Shown here one piece after another: positions 57,181-64,000 of a DNA stretch of 64,000 bases. Each line of letters begins with the position of its first letter. Position 1 is the stretch's first letter. The position numbers were made by a program, and so were the translations under genes. Location of the stretch: positions 1,972 through 65,971 of the IMG/VR virus record IMGVR_UViG_3300020195_000410. One strand, given 5' to 3'. Under the pieces are notes generated by a model. The model had not been told where the DNA came from and made no database searches. It saw nothing but the letters and a program-made list of their open reading frames with translations. Origin of the DNA: a virus (Duplodnaviria; Caudoviricetes).

Positions 57181-57766
57181 GCACTAGAGGTTCTCTGTCT
57201 TTTCGTTCCTTGACGATCATCAAAGCTTCTCGCACCTGATTCAAATTGGTCCCATCATAGCGGATCACATTCGGGTGTGAGAAGCTTTGGTTATAATGAT
57301 GGGCTGGCATGATTGCCAATCCTCTGGGTCGATGCTTGAGCCATTCTTCGACATACGGCGGGTAGTCGTCGCACAGGAAGGCCCCGTAGTACCTCTTCTT
57401 CGTCTTTCCGACGATGTTCGGGACCACTTCCTCCCCGAAGTGCCGCATGATGCACTCAACCTTCTCAGCCCACGCCTGCGGCTTGCTACGTGGCCCCTTG
57501 GTCAAGATGTCGATGCAGAATCCAAGCTCTACAGCGATCTCGTAGACATCCCAGCCGAGCTTGAACTTGGGCAGTTCTCTCCACCAGCCGGGCTGAGATT
57601 TGATGAGGTGCATCCGTGCTTTGATCCACGGGATGCTCTCATCGAAAATGTTTTCTGGCATAACTTCGTTTGGAGACATCAACGTCTCCAGATCTCTGCG
57701 AAGTTGTCCGTCGTAATCGAACAGCGTTCCGTCCATGTCGAATAGACCGACCATTTCGGATGGCAT
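57173..57766 (-). CDS. HAD-family 5'(3')-nucleotidase
   Basis: FDMDGT, LT, EK, K...LCDD. Confidence 0.85.
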   Translation of the reverse strand: MPSEMVGLFDMDGTLFDYDGQLRRDLETLMSPNEVMPENIFDESIPWIKARMHLIKSQPGWWRELPKFKLGWDVYEIAVELGFCIDILTKGPRSKPQAWAEKVECIMRHFGEEVVPNIVGKTKKRYYGAFLCDDYPPYVEEWLKHRPRGLAIMPAHHYNQSFSHPNVIRYDGTNLNQVREALMIVKERKDREPLVLT

Positions 57767-57767
57767 G

Positions 57768-58073
57768 TTATCCCTTTGCTATGGCTCCCAGAGTTTCACC
57801 AAGATTTTTGAGAGCCTCGTCAATTGTTAAACCTGTGACCTCGCATGACTTTTGTCCCTTGGTGGCGACAACTTTCCATTTGAGGACTGTTCTCAGGGCT
57901 GGATCTGGATTGCTCCTTTTGATCGGAACCTCCAGTATCTTCCACCCCAGTCCTTGTATTCTAGCACGAATCGAGCTTGTGTCCACATTCCTCCTTATCC
58001 GATTGTGTGGATGTTCCAAAATTTGCACTTCTGGTTTGCGTGGCCTCCACAGATCGGTTATCCATTTCCACAT
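57768..58073 (-). CDS. hypothetical protein
   Basis: 101 aa ORF. Confidence 0.6.
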   Translation of the reverse strand: MWKWITDLWRPRKPEVQILEHPHNRIRRNVDTSSIRARIQGLGWKILEVPIKRSNPDPALRTVLKWKVVATKGQKSCEVTGLTIDEALKNLGETLGAIAKG

Positions 58074-58087
58074 TACCTATAAGAGTG

Positions 58088-58621
58088 TCACTTTCTGGGT
58101 TCGCCAATTAAAGTCTTTTTGTCGTACCACTTTGCGGAGAAGTTCATGATATCTTGCGGAGAACGGTTGCATGGGTTGTCCCGAATATCCATTCCGCCAG
58201 CAATCATGGCCCTTGTGGTCATTTCTGCACAGTGAATCCCTTTGACCGGTTTGCCAGACAAGTAACTGGAGATCCTGTACTTCCGGCCCATTTGTCGAAC
58301 GCAATAATCTTTCATCTTGTCTGCGTCGGACGCTTTGAGATCTTTGGGTTTTCTAATCCAAAGTTTCATCTGTTTCTTCTTTTTGGCGTTATCAGCCTCA
58401 ATCTCTTTGATGTAGTCTTCAAGCGACACCTTCCTGCAAACAGGGCGGACGGCCTCAAAGACGTGTGGTTTGCCATCTTCATTGAAGATGATTGCTACGT
58501 GCGAATAAGGGCTGTCGGTGTAATCCATGACAATCTCACTGCCGCCCTCGACGAATAACAGTGTGCCATCTGGGATCTGTGGCTCTGCAAAAAGAAAAGC
58601 CAACAACATAAATGCGTACAT
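58088..58621 (-). CDS. permuted papain-like NlpC/P60 (YiiX-like) amidase
   Basis: YSHVAI...EA...GRKY...HCAEM...SP.DI. Confidence 0.75.
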   Translation of the reverse strand: MYAFMLLAFLFAEPQIPDGTLLFVEGGSEIVMDYTDSPYSHVAIIFNEDGKPHVFEAVRPVCRKVSLEDYIKEIEADNAKKKKQMKLWIRKPKDLKASDADKMKDYCVRQMGRKYRISSYLSGKPVKGIHCAEMTTRAMIAGGMDIRDNPCNRSPQDIMNFSAKWYDKKTLIGEPRK

Positions 58622-58648
58622 GTTGTATTTATGTGTGGGTGCAAAAAA

Positions 58649-58676
58649 TAAGCCCGGCCTTTTCAGGCCGGGCTTA
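58649..58676 (-). terminator. rho-independent terminator
   Basis: taagcccggcct/aggccgggctta; T-tract on the minus strand. Confidence 0.8.
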
Positions 58677-58702
58677 AAGAGATCGGTTAGGGCTGCTCGT
58701 TT

Positions 58703-58993
58703 TCACGCCTGACCCGGTTCCCGACCCGGAACTTCAGTTTGAGGATTGCTCCCTACGCCGACAGTTCCTTTTCTTCGTTGCATCGCTTTAGAAATGTTTT
58801 CGGAGAAGTCGGTGTCTTGAATCACCTCCTTTAGACGGACTTCTACTTCCACGATACCGCACGAGCGGCAGCAAGGTTTGTACTTCCTAAGAGCTTCCAC
58901 TGATGGGAAAACTTTGTTCCCATCAATGGCTTCGCCCAACTCATGGTCGAAGTCAACCTTGTCCATGTAACCGATAACAGTTCTTTTTTTCAT
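58703..58993 (-). CDS. hypothetical protein
   Basis: MKKRTVIGYMD... Confidence 0.6.
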   Translation of the reverse strand: MKKRTVIGYMDKVDFDHELGEAIDGNKVFPSVEALRKYKPCCRSCGIVEVEVRLKEVIQDTDFSENISKAMQRRKGTVGVGSNPQTEVPGREPGQA

Positions 58994-59057
58994 CTTCTCT
59001 CGGCTTGTTTTACTTGGCATTTCGCCGGTTTCCAAGGGTTCTTCGGGTTGTGAAAAT

Positions 59058-59486
59058 TCACCTACCGCAGATAACCATTATAACGCCTGCGAAGATTATC
59101 ACAACCCCAAAAATGGACATCAAACTCATCGTCTGTCCAAACAGCAAGAAGGCAATGACCATGCACCAGAAGGGGTATGTGATCTCCAAAGATGCCGCCA
59201 GAGAAGCGTTTGATGTCTCGATGGCCATGATCGACATATATGTGCCGATGCAAGAAGCTGCCAAAGCGGCAACCAGCCAAATCGAGACATTGTTGGTGTT
59301 CTCTGTGATTTTTGGCAAATCCTCCAAGAACTTGTTTCGACCAACAATTCCACAGATCAACAATAGGATAATTGAAGAAATTGTGATGTAGGTCAATTTA
59401 TCAACAGTTTTGATGACTTGTTCTACTGATGTATAGCAGATAGCCCAGAGAATGGCCGTAAACACGGCGTAGAATATCCAGTTCAT
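59058..59486 (-). CDS. EamA/DMT-family small transporter
   Basis: About five TM helices; ASLAASLEITYP, FG. Confidence 0.75.
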   Translation of the reverse strand: MNWIFYAVFTAILWAICYTSVEQVIKTVDKLTYITISSIILLLICGIVGRNKFLEDLPKITENTNNVSIWLVAALAASCIGTYMSIMAIETSNASLAASLEITYPFWCMVIAFLLFGQTMSLMSIFGVVIIFAGVIMVICGR

Positions 59487-59547
59487 GGCCTTCTTTCTTA
59501 AATCGAGCTACATAACTAATATAACAGAGAAGAGCTAGGAGAACAAT

Positions 59548-60399
59548 ATGTCTTTCTTTCAAAACCCATTCACACAAGACTTTATCGCCCCATGGCTGTT
59601 GAGCGACCGTCAATACAACCCAGATTTCAAGTGCCCTCGGAATGCAGGCAGAGGCGATGAGATGGTTGCGTCTTTTGGCGTGGCCCCATTCAACTTGTCT
59701 GGGAACGATTCTGATGGCAATTCAAAAGCTGTTTTGACTATCAGCTTTGCGTTAAACGACACAAAGAACTGGGCAGATCTGGCTGTTACAATTACTGGAT
59801 CATCGCTGTCGGCGATCACTCTCAATGAAGTAGTGACTTCGTTACAAGCAAATGCTGTGTTTGGAGATTTCTTCACAGCCAGAGTCCGAACTGACAACAA
59901 GGTTGAAATCAAACAGATCAAGCCAATCACCAGCATGAAGTTCTTTATTAAGAACGGTCGTGCAGAATCGGTTCTGTTGTTCAACAAGTTGGCTGGCGTT
60001 GCAGAAATGCCATCATTCTTCGAGAGGCACTCAATTGCCAACAGATTCACTTACACAGATAGTCAGAACGCATTGATTGTTCTGAATACTGGATTGAATG
60101 TAGATTCTTCTGTTATCGACAATGCCGTGGATCACAAGGGAATTTCTCTTGGATTTGATCACACGTCTGTCAAAGCTGATTGGCAATTGATCAAAGGCAA
60201 ATCTGGAATCTTCAACTTCCAGAAAATCACTGTTGATGGAAGCGACAGAATCACTCAGATCATTGAGTATTCGGCAGGGTCCGTGGCTGGCGACTTGGCA
60301 AGAAAGATCGCCCACGCTTACACTGGAGCCAACAAAAACCCAAACCAAATTACAGAAATTCCTTATACGTTGCAAATCGTCGATATGATCAATCCGTAA
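59548..60399 (+). CDS. probable virion structural protein
   Basis: 283 aa; AGGAG RBS. Confidence 0.6.
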   Translation: MSFFQNPFTQDFIAPWLLSDRQYNPDFKCPRNAGRGDEMVASFGVAPFNLSGNDSDGNSKAVLTISFALNDTKNWADLAVTITGSSLSAITLNEVVTSLQANAVFGDFFTARVRTDNKVEIKQIKPITSMKFFIKNGRAESVLLFNKLAGVAEMPSFFERHSIANRFTYTDSQNALIVLNTGLNVDSSVIDNAVDHKGISLGFDHTSVKADWQLIKGKSGIFNFQKITVDGSDRITQIIEYSAGSVAGDLARKIAHAYTGANKNPNQITEIPYTLQIVDMINP

Positions 60400-61540
60400 C
60401 AAATTTCTCAACAAAATCAGTTAAATTTGATGTCCAATACGGAATTACTAACAATGGAATATTGTTTTGCGAGCAAAAATCGAATTTTATTTTATCTCGC
60501 ATTTTAGTTTTTTCAAGAATAATTTTAGAGTCAGTAAATCTCATTAGTTTATAATGTTGCTCTCCTTGGTATTCTATTAGTTTTAACAATGTATTGTTTT
60601 TCAGTATGGCAAAATCAAATGGCAAAGATCTTTTGTTTTTACATTCTTTAATCTTAAATTGTCTTTTAAAATCAATATTAAGCAATTTTAATGTATCACA
60701 AATAATTCTTTCACCTTTAGATTCGAAGTTACATTGCGGGCAACCGCTTTTTGTTTTCCCGGTTCTGTTGCTTATAATTGATTGCCACTCATGTCCTTGA
60801 TGACACGTCCACCAAACTTTTTTATGACTGTAATTTGTTACACTGGATGGAATTAAATTTTCATTTTTAGTTGGATGCCATTCTTTTGCAATATCTGGAC
60901 TAAGTTTATTTAAACAATTTGACTCGCACACTCTATGTCCAGAACAAAATGGACATCCGTAATTATTGACTCTATCTATAACTTTTGCCTGCCATTCATG
61001 ATTGCATTTTCCTATCCACCAAACTTTTTTAACGCTTTTAGCAACAATATCAGTAGGAGAAATTTTATTTTTGATTGGATGCCATTCTTTTGCAATATCT
61101 GGATATTTTGTCAACAAACAATTGGAAAAACAAGCTTTTTGATTTGCACAATAAGGACAATTTCTTTTATTTGAACCTGTTCTATTATTTATTGAGGATT
61201 CCCATTCATGTCCACACGCACCTAACCACCAAGCTTTTTTATTGCTATGTCCTGTAATCATTTGTGGCGAGATTGTATTTTTTGTCGGATGCCATTCTTT
61301 TGAAATATCTGGAAATTGTGTTAGCAAACAATTTTCTGAATTAACTCTTTTTCCTGAACAAAATGGACACCCATTATTTGCAAGAGTTCTTTCTTTTATA
61401 ACCATATCAAATTCATGTCCACATTCAGCAATCCACCACACACGTTTATGACTTCCACGTGAAACATCATTGGGATAAATATTATTAAGAGGGTGCCATT
61501 CTTTGACAAGACATGGATGAGTTTCAAGTAAAGTTTTCAT
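60389..61540 (-). CDS. homing-endonuclease-like protein: four zinc-ribbon repeats plus C-terminal PD-(D/E)XK nuclease
   Basis: (KEWHP.KN...WW...C.HEW...R....CP.C) x4; SKGE, LPFDF, IEYQGEQHY; AT-rich. Confidence 0.85.
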   Translation of the reverse strand: MKTLLETHPCLVKEWHPLNNIYPNDVSRGSHKRVWWIAECGHEFDMVIKERTLANNGCPFCSGKRVNSENCLLTQFPDISKEWHPTKNTISPQMITGHSNKKAWWLGACGHEWESSINNRTGSNKRNCPYCANQKACFSNCLLTKYPDIAKEWHPIKNKISPTDIVAKSVKKVWWIGKCNHEWQAKVIDRVNNYGCPFCSGHRVCESNCLNKLSPDIAKEWHPTKNENLIPSSVTNYSHKKVWWTCHQGHEWQSIISNRTGKTKSGCPQCNFESKGERIICDTLKLLNIDFKRQFKIKECKNKRSLPFDFAILKNNTLLKLIEYQGEQHYKLMRFTDSKIILEKTKMRDKIKFDFCSQNNIPLLVIPYWTSNLTDFVEKFVTD

Positions 61541-61583
61541 ATAAATTATATAGTGATTGCGTGGCTGATTTATATAATTAAAT

Positions 61584-61772
61584 TTACAGAATTACTTGCT
61601 CCTTAATCTTTGTACTCAAACATTTCTGGCTCAAACATTTCTGGCACAAACATTCTTTGTGATCATTATGTGAAACGACTGATGGCAAAGACATGCACCA
61701 ACAATGGCTTCGTCCTAGAGAAATCTCACAGACGAAGCCATTATTACATTGAGGACATATGTTTGTTTTACT
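61584..61772 (-). CDS. cysteine-rich CWC-type small protein
   Basis: CPQC..F.C...CWC...CLCQKCL. Confidence 0.6.
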   Translation of the reverse strand, partial: SKTNICPQCNNGFVCEISLGRSHCWCMSLPSVVSHNDHKECLCQKCLSQKCLSTKIKEQVIL

Positions 61773-62283
61773 CATCATCAGAGTCTTCAGAAGCATCAGA
61801 GTCTTCAGTATCTTTTGATTTGTTAGCAAAAGCATCAACAAGAGCCTTTGCTTCATCTCGCCACAACCCATGGCGACGTACAATGCAGGAGAATTCAACC
61901 AAATCTGGCGATTCAATGGAAATCTTCACTGGATCAGCTTCGTCATCATCTTCTTTCTGGTTCGCTTCGGCATAGGCGTAGCACAAATAGTGGTCTACGA
62001 GAGCCGTTCTACCATCAAGAGACAGAGCCTCCCAAATAGGTTCGGGGATCGTGATTACAAAAAATGGATCGCTCCCTTCCTGCTGGTTGGCGAGGAAGGC
62101 ATTCTGCCCAGAGATCTTTTTGCAGCTTCCCCAGACCTCTCTGCCCTTCGACTTGGGCGTCTTGTCAACAAATACATACTCAAGTTTGACATCAAAGTCA
62201 ATGAGATGTTGATGATATTTTGGAATTAGCTCGTCAGCAAGAGCTTTGACTTCTGGGGCAGGACTGTATTTTGCGGATGCCAT
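61768..62283 (-). CDS. phage metallopeptidase-like protein (HExxH degenerate: DHYLCY)
   Basis: W..L....R.ALVDH, DLVEF..IVRRHGLW. Confidence 0.65.
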   Translation of the reverse strand: MASAKYSPAPEVKALADELIPKYHQHLIDFDVKLEYVFVDKTPKSKGREVWGSCKKISGQNAFLANQQEGSDPFFVITIPEPIWEALSLDGRTALVDHYLCYAYAEANQKEDDDEADPVKISIESPDLVEFSCIVRRHGLWRDEAKALVDAFANKSKDTEDSDASEDSDDE

Positions 62284-62297
62284 CTTAGAACTCCTTG

Positions 62298-62447
62298 TGA
62301 ACTACCGCTACCCTAAAGGGTAGCGGCTTCTTGGCTCAACGACTCCAACTTGCTTACTTGAATGCCATTGATTTTACTCAAAGCCCCAAGAAAAGTAGAG
62401 GTTGAAATCTCCCCAATCGTATATTCCCTGCGTTCCACAGGTATTTG
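62298..62447 (-). mobile_element. orphan IS200/IS605-type right end / omegaRNA-like scaffold
   Basis: acctgtggaacgcaggga...ggggaga...tcgttgagccaagaagccgctaccctttagggtagcggtagttcac; no adjacent tnpB. Confidence 0.65.
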
Positions 62448-62567
62448 TTTCAATATCAGTGCAGATTCGAGTTGGTTTGTCCCATTATGACGTAATGATT
62501 TGCATCAAGTTTTTATTTCCGACTAATCGCTCTCCCCCAAGGTGGGCAGATTTCAAATCTGCGTCAC

Positions 62568-63033
62568 CTATGGAAGTTCCGCATCGGGAACTTCAATTTC
62601 GACAGTTGCGTTGTGAGCGTCGATTTTGGTCTGGTACTGGTCGATCTTATCTTGCAGTTCCTTGACCAACTTATCTCGCTCAGGCTTGCGAATTTCGGCC
62701 TCGTACTTGACTGTTGGATCGCCATACCGAGACTTTACAGTCCCATGTTCAGTGCCCAGTGCCCAGTCTCTGGTAGAACGAAATCTCGGCCTTGCATTCC
62801 GCCAACTCAAAAACAAGTCTCTGAATCGGCTTGGTAGCCTCCTGCAAAGACATCTTCAGAGCGACGAGATGTTTGACCCATGCGGCACGTTGCTTCAGAG
62901 CAAGCCGGACATCTGTGTCCCGTTCTTGTCCTTCAACAATGCTGTTGACTTCTTGGATATCCGACTCGAACTTTCGGATACTTTCGATAACTCTCTTCTT
63001 GTAACGGAGAGCACGAGCTAGTGTCATCTTCAT
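62568..63033 (-). pseudogene. DIP1984-like coiled-coil gene frameshifted by a 7-bp tandem duplication
   Basis: agtgccc x2 at 62751-62764 joins ORFs 62749-63033 and 62568-62816. Confidence 0.75.
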
Positions 63034-63101
63034 GGCGATCCTCCTTGATTCGTGAAGGGAGCCATTCTAACAGACGCCATTTCTTAATGCAAGCCCTTTT
63101 T

Positions 63102-63344
63102 TTACTTAAGAATGCTGGGGCCGATTTGACTCATGAGTCTGTGTCGTTCCATCATCTCTTTCTCCATGGCCTTCTGCCCCAAGAATCTGGCAATCAGCCA
63201 CTTGCGATAGTCGTCGCTAAGAGCTTCTGTTTCACTTGGCTGAAAACTCATGTGGTACATCAAGAAGAACCTTTCTTCATCTGCCTCTGTGGGTTCGTAC
63301 TTGATTTCTTCTTCTTTTTCTTCTGGTAGAATAATTTCTGACAT
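63102..63344 (-). CDS. paralog of the 19182-19340 chaperone extension
   Basis: EERFFLMYHM...RKWLIARFLGQK. Confidence 0.7.
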   Translation of the reverse strand: MSEIILPEEKEEEIKYEPTEADEERFFLMYHMSFQPSETEALSDDYRKWLIARFLGQKAMEKEMMERHRLMSQIGPSILK

Positions 63345-63363
63345 AAAGCCTCCTTTGCTCATA

Positions 63364-63586
63364 TCAGAGTAGTTTCACGACAAGTTTTGTAGGAGTTGTT
63401 GATTTAGAAAACACAAACTTCCTTTTGTAAGTTGGCTCAGTGAATTGCACAGGAACTATGATGTATTTGTAATCCATCAACGATTGGTCATTCACAGAAA
63501 TCCATATTTGTTGTTGGCCGTCTACAACTGTGTGAAATGGTGCTGTGTATCTCTCAGACATGTCTTCTAAAGTATATCCAACTTCT
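63364..63586 (-). CDS. hypothetical protein, possibly the 3' remnant of a gene interrupted by the TnpB element
   Basis: Frame runs directly into the IS right end. Confidence 0.45.
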
Positions 63587-64000
63587 GTCAATTACCCACG
63601 CCCCTAAAGGGGCGGGGCTTGGCATTCCAACTCTAAGCAACCTTTAACAGTTTCTTAGCGGACGCCAACAGGCTGATTGACAACAGCCCTTTCTCCCGAA
63701 TGTTCTTCGCACCATTACAGTCAGCATGATCTACATGTCCACACGACTTACAACAAAACTCTGCTTGACTATTTCGGTTCGCCTTCTCAGTATGACCACA
63801 CTTGTTGCATCTTTGCGAAGTGTAACGTGGATCAATCAAGACAACCGTAACACCAGCCAACCGAGCCTTATAAGTAATGAAACTGCGGAGTTGGTAGAAC
63901 GCCCAACTCAACCTCTCTGCTCGTTGCTTTTTCCGAACAACCGTTCTCTGGTTGATATGCGTTAGGTCTTCTAATGCTATCGCACAACCAGTGTCTTTGG
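63587..64000 (-). mobile_element. tnpB: IS200/IS605-family element: tnpB 3' part (63633-64000) and right-end hairpin
   Basis: ALEDL (RuvC-II), TSQRCNKCG, CKSCG, HADCNGAKNI; aagccccgcccctttaggggcgtgggtaattgac. Confidence 0.9.

Overview
A 64 kb segment of a large T4-like (contractile-tailed, probably jumbo) phage genome. The EF-Tu effector region resembles planctomycete EF-Tu, so the host may be a planctomycete (inference). 1-22.5 kb: neck, sheath, at least five tail-tube paralogs, a late sigma factor and a tail/baseplate chaperone with a -1 slippery site. 22.5-36 kb: accessory genes (AAA ATPase, Apyc1-like MBL hydrolase, RNA ligase, radical SAM, glycosyltransferases, CTP synthase). 36-46 kb: class II RNR with two inteins plus a split intein fractured by a free-standing endonuclease, then SbcCD/gp46-47. 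48-57 kb: the standout locus. A sigma70 promoter and an 18-codon leader peptide (MRSLLSSLSSLFYSLTRG) sit in front of an intrinsic terminator and an array of 25 tRNA genes that are exclusively Leu, Ser, Phe and Tyr. The leader codons match almost every anticodon in the array, which suggests a tRNA-depletion-sensing attenuator. The array holds canonical and structurally non-canonical tRNA versions, EF-Tu, several pseudoknotted ncRNA candidates and a SEC-C gene with three Phe +1 shift sites. The right end has TnpB/omegaRNA elements. All calls come from reading the sequence by eye; no database searches were run.
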